This document shows positions 9,308 to 18,683 of a DNA stretch of 64,000 nt, piece after piece. Within the stretch, counting starts at the first letter, position 1, and each line of letters opens with the position of its first letter. The translations under genes and the position numbers were made by a program. The DNA is taken from positions 35 to 64,034 of the forward strand of contig CAZBQM010000004.1 of the NCBI GenBank assembly GCA_964494045.1, read 5' to 3'. Origin of the DNA: an uncultured Rikenellaceae bacterium. Its GTDB lineage: Bacteria; Bacteroidota; Bacteroidia; Bacteroidales; VadinHA17. The notes beneath the pieces were generated by a model. That model searched no databases and had not been told where the DNA came from. It saw only the letters and a list, made by a program, of their open reading frames with translations.

Positions 9308-11995
9308 ATGCTTCTGACTAAACTACATATTCCTTCTTCAGGAGAGTATATTGTTCATCGTTCTGGACTTTTTGAGAAATTGAACATTGGACTGACCCGG
9401 AAGCTAATTCTCATTTCTGCTCCCGCAGGATTTGGTAAAACAACCCTGGTAAGTGACTGGATCAATCAAACCCGTATTACGACAGCGTGGTTTTCGCTCG
9501 ATAACGGAGATAACGACCCGGTAGATTTTTTAAACTATACTATTTCAGGAATTCAAATTATACATCCGGCATTCGGTCAAAACGCAATCAAACTACTAAA
9601 TTCTCCGAATAAACCATCCAGCGAATCAATAACCAGTCTGTTAATTAACGAAATACTCAATATCAATCAAAACTTTTTATTGGTATTCGACGATTTCCAT
9701 TTGATTAAGAATAATGATGTATTAAAAATTGTAAGCTATTTATTAGAGCATATTCCTGATAATATCCATATTGTAATCCTAACCCGTTCTGACCCGGCAC
9801 TATCTGTTTCAAGGTTAAGAAGTCAACATCAATTAGTTGAGTTACGTTCATCAGACCTTGGTTTTTCGGCAAACGATATTTCCGTGTTGTTCAATAAAAA
9901 GCTGAAATTAGGCTTATCTCTTGATGATGTTTATTCTCTTGAAACCAAAACAGAAGGTTGGATTGCTGGCTTGCAGTTAACTGCTATATCTATGCAAGGC
10001 CGGGAGGATGTTTCTGAATTTATTCAGGACCTGAAAGGAGATAATCGCTATATCATGGATTACCTGATGGAGGAAGTACTAAGGATTCAAAACGATGACA
10101 TCAAAGAATTTCTATTAAAGACTTCTGTTCTGGAGCAAATGTCAGCTCCATTATGTGACTCTATCCTGGATAAAAATGATAGCCAGCTGATTCTTGAGAC
10201 CCTGGAAAGAAATAACATGTTTGTTATACCCCTGGATACTGAGAGAAATTGGTTTCGGTATCATCATCTATTTGCAGGGTTATTAAAACAGAGACTCCAT
10301 CTGGGAGACAAGAAAATTATATATGATCTTCATAACAAGGCAATTGAGTGGTTTATTGATAATTCAATGCCACTTCTGGCAATTGAACATTCGATAGAGA
10401 TTAAGAACTTTGAAAAAAGCATACTATTTCTTGGAGACATAGTAGAAACTATGTGGAAAAACGGCCAGCATGCTGCTATACTGAAATATGGTGATTTATT
10501 ACCTGCTGAAACAATTAAAAAAAATGAAAATTTTTGTTTATACTATGCCTGGATATTGATAAAAGCCGGTAAAATTCAGAAGGCTGAACCTTTTTTAACA
10601 AATGCGGAAATAATTACAAAACAGATCATTGATGACAAAAGCTCGTCAGGAGAGATCATCCAGTTTAATAAAAAGTTGTTAGGGAAGATATCCGTTGCAT
10701 TTGCTTACCTCTACTCAATAGCAGCAAACCCGGAAAAAACTTTCAGCTATTGCAAAATGGCCATGGAAAATCTTTCGGAGGATGACCCCTTATGGTATAG
10801 CTGGGGATGGTACACAATTGGTATTGCAGAGTTCTCGCGTGACAACCTGAAGGAATGTATTAAAGCATTTGAAAATGCTCTGGAATATGGTAAAAAATCA
10901 GGCAACATCGATCTCTTAACTACTATTGCAAGCAGGTTATCACCCATTGAAGGCAGGATGGGGCTTTATACATCATCTTATAAGAGATGCTCCGACCTCA
11001 TTTCCTTCATGAAAGAAAGTGGGTATTCCCAAATTACAAAATCGGAATGCACTTATGCAGGAGTGTATTCATATATGGCTGGTGTTGAATCCATGAGGAC
11101 AGATTTCGATGATGCTCTCGAAAACATTAAAACTGCCTATATATTATGTAAAGACGAGGCGGATAATACAATTAAAGTGCGAGTCATAACGATGTATATC
11201 TTTACCTTATACGGACGTGGAGACCTTTCTGGTGCTAAAAAGCTGCTAAATGAGGCAGACGATATCCTGAAACAAAATATTATTTATCCCGGATCTATGT
11301 CGCTGTATATAGCTATGAAGGGATTTATGCTGATTAAACTTAATGAAATTGAAAAGGCCAATTGTTATTTTAAGGAAAATGGATTGGAATATGATAAAAA
11401 AATAACTTATTCAGATGACCTTGGTTATTATCCCTATGCTCTTTTATTAATAACCGAAAAGAAATTCAGGGAGGCGGAGATTCTTCTTTCAAAATTATTA
11501 AAATTGGCACTGGCCGAAAAAAGGATTGAGAGAATAATTGAAACTAAAGTCATATATGCAAATCTGAATAATGCCACAGGTGATAAAGCAAAAGCCTTGA
11601 CAAACCTGATTGAAGCACTGGAGTATGCCGCTGACGAAAAGATATTGATGCCTTTTATTCTTTATCATTCCGGAATAAGTGAATTATTAAATGAAGTTTA
11701 CAAAATACAGGCTACTACAAAAACCAATATCACCAAGAACTTAATAGATAAACTTAAACGGGCAATTGAAAAAAGGCAAAACCGTATTATCATCCACGCT
11801 ACAGAAGGGCTAAGTAACCGCGAAACAGATATCCTTAAATTAATTGCCGATGATTTATCAAGCCAGGATATTGCTGATAAACTATTCATTTCCCTGAACA
11901 CAGTTAAAACCCATTTAAAAAATATTTATTTAAAACTTGATGTTGACAGCCGGTTAAAAGCTATAGTTAAAGCAAAAGAGATAGGATTGCTCTGA
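9308..11995 (+). CDS. MalT-like STAND ATPase / LuxR-family transcriptional regulator
   Basis: 895 aa. MalT-type N-terminus with Walker A LISAPAGFGKTTL, a long helical-repeat middle region, and a C-terminal LuxR HTH (LSNRETDILKLIADDLSSQDIADKLFISLNTVKTHLKNIYLKL). Confidence 0.88.
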   Translation: MLLTKLHIPSSGEYIVHRSGLFEKLNIGLTRKLILISAPAGFGKTTLVSDWINQTRITTAWFSLDNGDNDPVDFLNYTISGIQIIHPAFGQNAIKLLNSPNKPSSESITSLLINEILNINQNFLLVFDDFHLIKNNDVLKIVSYLLEHIPDNIHIVILTRSDPALSVSRLRSQHQLVELRSSDLGFSANDISVLFNKKLKLGLSLDDVYSLETKTEGWIAGLQLTAISMQGREDVSEFIQDLKGDNRYIMDYLMEEVLRIQNDDIKEFLLKTSVLEQMSAPLCDSILDKNDSQLILETLERNNMFVIPLDTERNWFRYHHLFAGLLKQRLHLGDKKIIYDLHNKAIEWFIDNSMPLLAIEHSIEIKNFEKSILFLGDIVETMWKNGQHAAILKYGDLLPAETIKKNENFCLYYAWILIKAGKIQKAEPFLTNAEIITKQIIDDKSSSGEIIQFNKKLLGKISVAFAYLYSIAANPEKTFSYCKMAMENLSEDDPLWYSWGWYTIGIAEFSRDNLKECIKAFENALEYGKKSGNIDLLTTIASRLSPIEGRMGLYTSSYKRCSDLISFMKESGYSQITKSECTYAGVYSYMAGVESMRTDFDDALENIKTAYILCKDEADNTIKVRVITMYIFTLYGRGDLSGAKKLLNEADDILKQNIIYPGSMSLYIAMKGFMLIKLNEIEKANCYFKENGLEYDKKITYSDDLGYYPYALLLITEKKFREAEILLSKLLKLALAEKRIERIIETKVIYANLNNATGDKAKALTNLIEALEYAADEKILMPFILYHSGISELLNEVYKIQATTKTNITKNLIDKLKRAIEKRQNRIIIHATEGLSNRETDILKLIADDLSSQDIADKLFISLNTVKTHLKNIYLKLDVDSRLKAIVKAKEIGLL

Positions 11996-12022
11996 CTTTC
12001 TATCCTGATATCATCCTGAAAA

Positions 12023-12061
12023 ATCACCCTTAAAAATCATCCTTGAGGGTGATTTTTTTTT
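12023..12061 (+). terminator. rho-independent terminator after the MalT-like gene
   Basis: atcaccct ... agggtgat forms an 8-bp stem with a 15-nt loop, followed by a run of 9 T. Confidence 0.7.
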
Positions 12062-12106
12062 ATTGGTATCGCCCCAAATTTGAATCAGATTTTAATCATA
12101 AGAAAC

Positions 12107-12307
12107 ATGACTGGTAAAACTATAATAAAAGTTCAGGGACAGCTTGATAAGAAATGGGAAGACAGCTTTGAAGATATCGAAATTGGTTATGAAGGAACCA
12201 ATACAATCATGAAAATAACCATCAGGGACGAGTCGCATTTACATGGTATCCTGAATCTGATTAGAGATTTAAACTTAATACTTATATCAGTTAACCCTGC
12301 TGATTAA
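12107..12307 (+). CDS. small conserved protein of unknown function (66 aa)
   Basis: I take the ATG at 12107, since the ORF-track start at 12080 is TTG. The pattern IKVQGQLDKKW...HLHGILNLIRDLNLILISV matches, from memory, a widespread uncharacterised small-protein family (V.G.LD..W ... ALHG.L..IRDL.L.L.SV). Confidence 0.6.
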   Translation: MTGKTIIKVQGQLDKKWEDSFEDIEIGYEGTNTIMKITIRDESHLHGILNLIRDLNLILISVNPAD

Positions 12308-12349
12308 GAGTATCCTAAAAGGGTATTAATAACTGTCAAACAGAATAAT

Positions 12350-14770
12350 ATGAAACAACTTATTACTACAACATTGCTGATTGCAATATTCACATCACTT
12401 AGTTTTAGTCAAAAACTTGAACAAACAGTAAGAGGGACTATAATTGATAATGACAGTAAATTGCCTTTAACAGGTGCTACTGTAGTTATACCTGGTTCCA
12501 ACCCGCTCATTGGTACGGCAACCGACACAAATGGAAATTTCAGATTGGAAAACATACCAATAGGTAGAATTTCAATCAGTTTATCATACCTGGGCTATGA
12601 TGCCGTTACCATTCCAAATATTGAGGTGAAATCCGGAAAGGAGGTCTTCCTGGAACTATCAATGAAAGAATCTGCTGTAAAAATTGATGAAGTAGTTGTC
12701 AGGGCATCCAAAAAAGGAGTTGCAATAAACAACATGTCACTACTTAGCGCTCGTTCCATATCAGTGGAAGAAACAAAACGCTATACCGGAGGAATGGACG
12801 ACCCGGCACGTGTGCTTTCGAGTTTTGCAGGTGTAGCTGCAACACCCACTGGTGGCAGCGATATTATTGTTCGTGGTAACTCGCCAAAATACTTACAGTG
12901 GCGGTTGGATGGGATCGAAATTTCAAGCCCCTATCATATGAACGACCAAAACGCATCAACCGCCGCGCTTACTGCGCTAAACAATAATTTATTGACTACT
13001 TCAGATTTTTATACCGGTGCGTTTTCACCCGAATATGGCGATGTGTTATCGAGTGTTATGGATATGAAACTCCGGACAGGGAACAACGAAAAATTTGAAG
13101 CTGCCTGCGGGGTTGGTATTATGGGTACTGACCTCACAATCGAAGGTCCATTTAAAAAAGGTTATGCTGGCTCATACCTTGTAAATTACAGATATTCTAC
13201 AATTTCTCTGATTAACAAGCTTGGTATAGTGAATATCACCGGGGCAGTAAATTATCAGGACGCGACATTTGAGTTATTTCTGCCAACCAAAAATTCCGGC
13301 ACTTTTTCTGTTTTCGGATTGGCTGGATTAAGCGGCTTTACAATGGAAAATGCTTTCAAAGTGCCAGGAAAATCTATTAAGAATGCTGCCATTAGTAATG
13401 ATTATATAAAGGATAATTTTCTGTCGAACCTTGGAGTAACCCATACCATAACAATTAATAACAGAAGCTATGTTAAAACATCTTTGTCCTATTCAGCAAC
13501 AGGAATGAATGATGATGCTTTCGAGAGCAACATAATAGAAATATACAACAGTAAGGGAGACCTGGTGAGCGATTCGTCGGACAACAGGATTAAGACTTTT
13601 GAAAGCCGGATAATAAATTCGGCCTACCGTGCCGCCATTGTTTATAATAATAAACTTGATGCAAAAAATAAAATTCAAATAGGGATCAAATACACATTGA
13701 ATGGAAATAAATACAACCAGAGCATATACGATTATCAGGCTGCTGTTTTGGCTAATGTTACGGATTTTAATAACAGCATAAGCATCATGAATAATTTCAT
13801 ATGCTGGAGACACAGCTTTAACGATAATATTACCATTGTGGCTGGTCTTCACAATATGAATGTTTTACTTAACCAAAAGAGTACCCTGGAACCCAGAATT
13901 GCCATGAACTGGAAGATTAGCAAGTCAAATTCAATTATGGTAGGATACGGTAGACACAGCACCATGGAAAGCGTTCACAACTATTTTACCAGGATAAAAC
14001 AGTCCGATGGAAGCATATCTGAACCTAATATAAACTTAGATCTGCTGAAAGCCGACCATTTTGTAATTGGTTATGCAAACCATTTAAGCGACAATTTACT
14101 TGCTAAGGTTGAGGTATATTACCAACACCTTTATAACTTACCGGTAGAAAACTGTGATTCAAGTTATTATGCTACTATTAACGAAGGCACTGATTACAGG
14201 TATGTTGCGCTGGTAAACAAAGGCGTTGGAAAAAACTACGGGATTGAGATTACAATTGAGCGCTTCTTCGACAATGATTACTACTTTCTAATTAACGGAT
14301 CGTTGTTCGATTCAGAATATAAAGCGTTAGAAGGAATTTGGAGAAACACCCGTTACAATAATAACTATCTGGCCAATATTTTGTGTGGCAAAGAATTCAA
14401 AAAACTGGGTAAAAAACAGAACAAAACACTGGCTATTAATACTAAATTATTATTCGAGGGTGGCGAAAGGTACATTCCCCTCTTAAGGGATGCCGAAGGG
14501 AATGTAGCTGTCGACCCTGCACACGACAGATATTACGATTATAATAAAGCTTACAACGATAAACTTGATAATATTTTTTTATTGAACTTATCTGTAAGCT
14601 ACAAAATAAACAAACCAAGGGCTACCCATGAAATTTTCCTCGATATAATGAACCTTACCAATAATCAGTCCAGGGTATTCGAATATTTCGATCCAAACAA
14701 ACCGGACAAAGTTGGTTATGTCACCCAATTTGGTATGTTTCCAAACTTAATGTACAAGGTGTATTTTTAA
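12350..14770 (+). CDS. TonB-dependent receptor with N-terminal carboxypeptidase-regulatory-like domain
   Basis: 806 aa. Signal peptide, CarboxypepD_reg-like segment (GTIIDNDSKLPLTGATVVI...TDTNGNFRLENIP), plug region, and beta-barrel ending in a terminal aromatic (YKVYF). No SusD-like partner lies downstream. Confidence 0.85.
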   Translation: MKQLITTTLLIAIFTSLSFSQKLEQTVRGTIIDNDSKLPLTGATVVIPGSNPLIGTATDTNGNFRLENIPIGRISISLSYLGYDAVTIPNIEVKSGKEVFLELSMKESAVKIDEVVVRASKKGVAINNMSLLSARSISVEETKRYTGGMDDPARVLSSFAGVAATPTGGSDIIVRGNSPKYLQWRLDGIEISSPYHMNDQNASTAALTALNNNLLTTSDFYTGAFSPEYGDVLSSVMDMKLRTGNNEKFEAACGVGIMGTDLTIEGPFKKGYAGSYLVNYRYSTISLINKLGIVNITGAVNYQDATFELFLPTKNSGTFSVFGLAGLSGFTMENAFKVPGKSIKNAAISNDYIKDNFLSNLGVTHTITINNRSYVKTSLSYSATGMNDDAFESNIIEIYNSKGDLVSDSSDNRIKTFESRIINSAYRAAIVYNNKLDAKNKIQIGIKYTLNGNKYNQSIYDYQAAVLANVTDFNNSISIMNNFICWRHSFNDNITIVAGLHNMNVLLNQKSTLEPRIAMNWKISKSNSIMVGYGRHSTMESVHNYFTRIKQSDGSISEPNINLDLLKADHFVIGYANHLSDNLLAKVEVYYQHLYNLPVENCDSSYYATINEGTDYRYVALVNKGVGKNYGIEITIERFFDNDYYFLINGSLFDSEYKALEGIWRNTRYNNNYLANILCGKEFKKLGKKQNKTLAINTKLLFEGGERYIPLLRDAEGNVAVDPAHDRYYDYNKAYNDKLDNIFLLNLSVSYKINKPRATHEIFLDIMNLTNNQSRVFEYFDPNKPDKVGYVTQFGMFPNLMYKVYF

Positions 14771-14805
14771 TTTAAACCAGGTCTCCATTTCAGAAATCAG
14801 TTTTA

Positions 14806-14860
14806 GTGGAGGAAAGGATTTGGCGAAGCCAATCCCGTCCGCACCGCAGGAAAAACAAAA
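14806..14860 (+). repeat. DR3: 55-bp direct repeat containing the tRNA-Asp 3' end (att-like)
   Basis: 51/55 identical to 9092-9146. 14833-14848 tcccgtccgcaccgca equals tRNA 8770-8785. Confidence 0.85.
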
Positions 14861-14904
14861 TATGGCAGCGTTGATCCCGCCCAGCGGGAGCAAAAAAGTA
14901 ACGA

Positions 14905-17712
14905 TCAGTCCTTTAAAAGTATGGGCTTCCCGAATCCTACCTTTTCGAGTTCCTTAAGCTGTGTTTTGGCATCACCGGCAACAACATAATACATCCTCGA
15001 CGGATCAATATATTTCCTTGCCAGGTCAAGCTGCTTATCAACGGTCAGGTTCTTAACAAATGCCTCTTCATTCTTAATGTAATCAACCGGAAGGCCATAG
15101 TCCGAAATATTGTTCAGCATTCCCAGCAGTCCTCCAAGTGTTTCAAAACTGCGGGCGTTACCCTTCAGTAGGGCTGATTTTGTGAAATCAATATATTCCT
15201 GGGGTATGGTATCACGATATTTTTCCATCTCGGTCTTAAAAATATTGACTGATTCGAGGGTCGAATTTGTGCGTACCATCGATGAAGCTACAAATGTTCC
15301 GTAATTCCTTGCACCGCTGAAATATGATCTTGCACCGTATGTGAAGCCTTTCTCTTCTCTCAGAATGAGATTAAATAACCCGTTAAATGATCCTCCAAGC
15401 TTATAATTGGTAACATATGCAGGATAGTAATCGGCATCGGCACGTTTGATCGAAGGGCAGCCTATATAGATAACTGACTGTTTTGCACCCGGAACATCAA
15501 TAAAATATATCTGTGATTTTGCCGGAGCTTCCTGAAGAGTAATCTCTGGTAAGGCAACATTTTTAGACTGCCATTTTGAATTAATCCCCGACAGGGCAGC
15601 AACAACTCTCTCCTGGTCAATATTGCCGGCAACAATAAACTGGGCCAGCGAAGGAGAAAAGTTCTTATCATAGAAATTCTTAAGGTCATCAATTGTTATT
15701 GAGTCTACTGACGCTTCTGTGCCGACCGTTTCGATTGCCAGAATATTGTCGGCGCCGAAAATAAGTTTGTTTAATGCGTTGGAAGCCAGATAGCTTGGAT
15801 TAGCCTTGTTGCGTTTCAGATTATTTATGACCCGGCTTTTGGCAAGTGCAAACTGCTCCTCATCCCAGCGCGGTTCAAAAAGCATCTCTTCAACCAGACC
15901 AATGGTCTTTTCAAAGTTACGTGCCAGGGCGCTTACCCTTATTGTAATGCTTTCATTGCCTCCGTAAACAGAGATATTTGCCCCAAGGAGCTTTATCGCA
16001 TCCTCCAGTTCTTCCGGAGTCTTGTTCTTTGTCCCTTCATTCATCAAGGAGGCTGTCAGGCTAGCAACACCAGCCTTGTCTATTCCATCGAGAAGATGAC
16101 CACCTGAAATTATAAGCGCATACTGAACCAGCGGTAACTCGGTCTGTTGTATTCCGTATAATTTAATACCATTTGCGAGAGATCCTGTCCATACGGGAGG
16201 AATGTTTACTTCCGGATCAGGGCCTATTGGCGGCTGGACTGACCTGTCAAAAGACGTGGGGGTCTTGATAATGGTATCATTTTCAGGCAGGACATCCTTA
16301 ACTTCAGCTGCTTTGGTCACGTCTTCCTCAACAATGCCGGCATTAACAGCATTCTCAGCTATTAGTGTAACTTCTCCTTTCGGGACAAAACTTGTTTCAA
16401 CAAAATTCTTTCCTTTAATATACTTCTGATATACATTCTTAACATCTTCCGATGTCACGGACTGGGCATCGGCAAAGGATTTAGAAAAGTATTGAGGATC
16501 ATTTTTAAACATCTGATATTGTCCCAGCATGAAAGCTTTATTCAGGATGCTGCTGAACGAATTATAGAATGAAGTCTCGTTTCCGGCTTTTATTCTTGTA
16601 AGATCGTCTTCAGAAAATCCTTCCTTTTCAAACATGTCGAAAGCTTCAAAGATCGCCTTTTCGACTTCGGTAAGATTTACCCCGGGGTTTGCTGTAACTG
16701 AAATCTCGAAACTGCCGGCAAGCTCCTGTGCATTATTCCATGCAGAGACAGATGAAGAAAGCTTTTTGTCCTTGACAAGAATCTTATAGAGCGGAGTCTT
16801 TTTCCCGTTTGACAGAAGATCAGCGAGATAATCGAGAGCATAGGATTCTTTAGTCAACTGCTCAACAGTCGGGAATACGATTGTAATGCGGGGAGCCTTT
16901 GCAAAATTATCTTCATGGTAAAGCTTCACTGTTGATGAAAGAGAGGCAGGCATTGCTGCCCTTGTTTCAATTGCCTCACCTGCAGGGATCTCTCCGAAAT
17001 ATTTCCCGATAAGGGTTTTTACTTCATCTTTATTAATATCGCCGGCAACAACCAGTGTTGCATTGTTTGGAGAATACCATTTTCTGTGAAAAGCTTTTAC
17101 ATCATCAACGGTTGCATTCTGAAGGTCTTCCATCTCTCCGATTACATCCCAGCTGTATGGATGACCCTGTGGATACAGGTTCTTCAGTAAAAGATATTCA
17201 TTAAATCCGTATGGGGCATTATCCACACTCTGACGTTTTTCGTTCTGAACCACATTCTGCTGATTTGCAAAAGCTGCGTTGGTTACCGTGTTTTCGAGAT
17301 AGCCCATCCTGTCCGATTCGAGCCATAATGCCATTTCAAGAGCATTTTTGGGAATCACCTCATAATACATGGTTACATCCTGGCTGGTGCCGCCATTCAG
17401 CTCTCCACCAGCTCCCTGGATAAGTTTAAAAAGCTGGTCCTCACCAACATTCTCAGACTTCTGGAACATCATATGTTCGAAAAGATGTGCAAAACCTGTT
17501 TTACCCGGTGTTTCGCGGCTCGATCCAACATGGAAAACAATAGCTACAGCGGCAATAGGATCAGATTTGTCCTCATGAAGAATAACTGTCAATCCGTTAG
17601 GAAGAGTATACTTTTCAGACGGAACAGTAATGGCAGGTTCTGTCTTTTTTGTATTACAGGAGAACAAGAGCCCCGTAATAAGGATCAGTAAAAACGAAAA
17701 TGTCTTTTTCAT
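14905..17712 (-). CDS. M16 (pitrilysin/insulinase) family zinc peptidase, lipoprotein
   Basis: 935 aa. Lipobox LLFSC, HxxEH zinc motif (HLFEH), and a duplicated M16 active/inactive domain pair consistent with the length. Confidence 0.9.
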   Translation of the reverse strand: MKKTFSFLLILITGLLFSCNTKKTEPAITVPSEKYTLPNGLTVILHEDKSDPIAAVAIVFHVGSSRETPGKTGFAHLFEHMMFQKSENVGEDQLFKLIQGAGGELNGGTSQDVTMYYEVIPKNALEMALWLESDRMGYLENTVTNAAFANQQNVVQNEKRQSVDNAPYGFNEYLLLKNLYPQGHPYSWDVIGEMEDLQNATVDDVKAFHRKWYSPNNATLVVAGDINKDEVKTLIGKYFGEIPAGEAIETRAAMPASLSSTVKLYHEDNFAKAPRITIVFPTVEQLTKESYALDYLADLLSNGKKTPLYKILVKDKKLSSSVSAWNNAQELAGSFEISVTANPGVNLTEVEKAIFEAFDMFEKEGFSEDDLTRIKAGNETSFYNSFSSILNKAFMLGQYQMFKNDPQYFSKSFADAQSVTSEDVKNVYQKYIKGKNFVETSFVPKGEVTLIAENAVNAGIVEEDVTKAAEVKDVLPENDTIIKTPTSFDRSVQPPIGPDPEVNIPPVWTGSLANGIKLYGIQQTELPLVQYALIISGGHLLDGIDKAGVASLTASLMNEGTKNKTPEELEDAIKLLGANISVYGGNESITIRVSALARNFEKTIGLVEEMLFEPRWDEEQFALAKSRVINNLKRNKANPSYLASNALNKLIFGADNILAIETVGTEASVDSITIDDLKNFYDKNFSPSLAQFIVAGNIDQERVVAALSGINSKWQSKNVALPEITLQEAPAKSQIYFIDVPGAKQSVIYIGCPSIKRADADYYPAYVTNYKLGGSFNGLFNLILREEKGFTYGARSYFSGARNYGTFVASSMVRTNSTLESVNIFKTEMEKYRDTIPQEYIDFTKSALLKGNARSFETLGGLLGMLNNISDYGLPVDYIKNEEAFVKNLTVDKQLDLARKYIDPSRMYYVVAGDAKTQLKELEKVGFGKPILLKD

Positions 17713-17876
17713 TTCAGAGTTAATTAGGGTTATGCTGCATTTTTTATGACAATCTAAGATAATAAATAAATACTTGCGGTCAGAGAAATAAAACTAAAAT
17801 TAATCCTGATGGATAACTTAATCTTTAGCACTTGTTGTCATGTTCCTCGGGTCTTACAAAAGATAACCATTGGATA

Positions 17877-17920
17877 AAAGGTCCCGGCGAAACCACCCCG
17901 TCCACACCGCAAAAAACAAA
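17877..17920 (+). repeat. DR4: degenerate copy of the tRNA-Asp-3'-end repeat
   Basis: aaaggtcccggcgaaaccaccccgtccacaccgcaaaaaacaaa aligns to DR2/DR3 with several substitutions and small indels. Same orientation. Confidence 0.6.
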
Positions 17921-17989
17921 CGATTGACCCATCCCGGAATTATCCCACTATATTGTGAAACTCATAATCCGGGAGACCAGTGCAAAAGT

Positions 17990-18352
17990 TTATTTCAAAT
18001 TCTGTTTCTTCAACATGAAATGATATACATAACCATTCTGAGAGTCCCCGATGGTGTAGGCCTGAACAAATTCCCATCCGCTTTTTCCCATGAAGTTAAG
18101 TGCATCAACCATTGAGTTAAATACAACAGCTTTCCCCGTAGCCGGATCCTTATACCTATTGTCCTGAATTAATTTTGAAGCCTGACCAAAATCCAGCTCA
18201 ACCGTCACTTTCTTGCTAAGAATCTTCCCGGTTCCGACAATTTCACAGTAAGAGTATTGCGCAACTCCGGTGGTATCAACGATAGGATCTGATTGCCCGT
18301 AGGAAGCAATACCTGCAGACAGGAAGAATAAAATAACAACTAACCTTTTCAT
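17990..18352 (-). CDS. small secreted hypothetical protein
   Basis: 120 aa, ATG start, N-terminal signal peptide (MKRLVVILFFLSAGIASYGQ). No motif recognised. Confidence 0.6.
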   Translation of the reverse strand: MKRLVVILFFLSAGIASYGQSDPIVDTTGVAQYSYCEIVGTGKILSKKVTVELDFGQASKLIQDNRYKDPATGKAVVFNSMVDALNFMGKSGWEFVQAYTIGDSQNGYVYHFMLKKQNLK

Positions 18353-18683
18353 AATCTTGTGTTTTCAGTAAAGTATAAAGAATTAAATATTTGTTTGAAT
18401 TCAGATGATCTGCCCGTCTATTGGTTAATCGAAGATAATACATATGTTGAATAATAATGCCTGGGATAAACGTAGAAAGCCAAAGATTAAGAAGATGAAT
18501 TCGTAGTTCCTTTTATCCGAATCACCAAGGCCTCAACCAGTGGACCTTTAACTCCTGCAGATGCTTCGGTCAGCGCAGCATATCCACACCCATGGCGAAA
18601 GCGTGAGAATGACCATCTGTTCTTTAAAGTTTCAGATCCTGGTTAATAATATTTTGTACCTTAGGCATTTATTTTTAATCATC

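Larger units (their letters stand above)
9147..14805. mobile_element. candidate integrase-less genomic islet at tRNA-Asp (AT-rich cargo between 55-bp direct repeats)
   Basis: Bounded by DR2 (9092-9146) and DR3 (14806-14860), which are 51/55 identical. Hand-counted 60-nt lines inside give 25-37% GC versus 45-60% outside. No mobility gene is present. Confidence 0.4.

Noticed and set aside
9308-11995. STAND NTPase as an Avs-like antiviral sensor
   Set aside because: The N-terminus is MalT-like and the C-terminus is a LuxR-type DNA-binding HTH rather than a nuclease, protease or other effector. Its neighbour is a nutrient-type TonB receptor. A transcription activator is the better reading.
18561-18683. 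N-terminal extension of the PAS kinase ORF
   Set aside because: The translation (MLRSAQHIHTHGESVRMTICSLKFQILVNNILYLRHLFLII) is not protein-like, and the region is AT-rich intergenic sequence. The ATG at 18684 is preferred, though the start remains uncertain.
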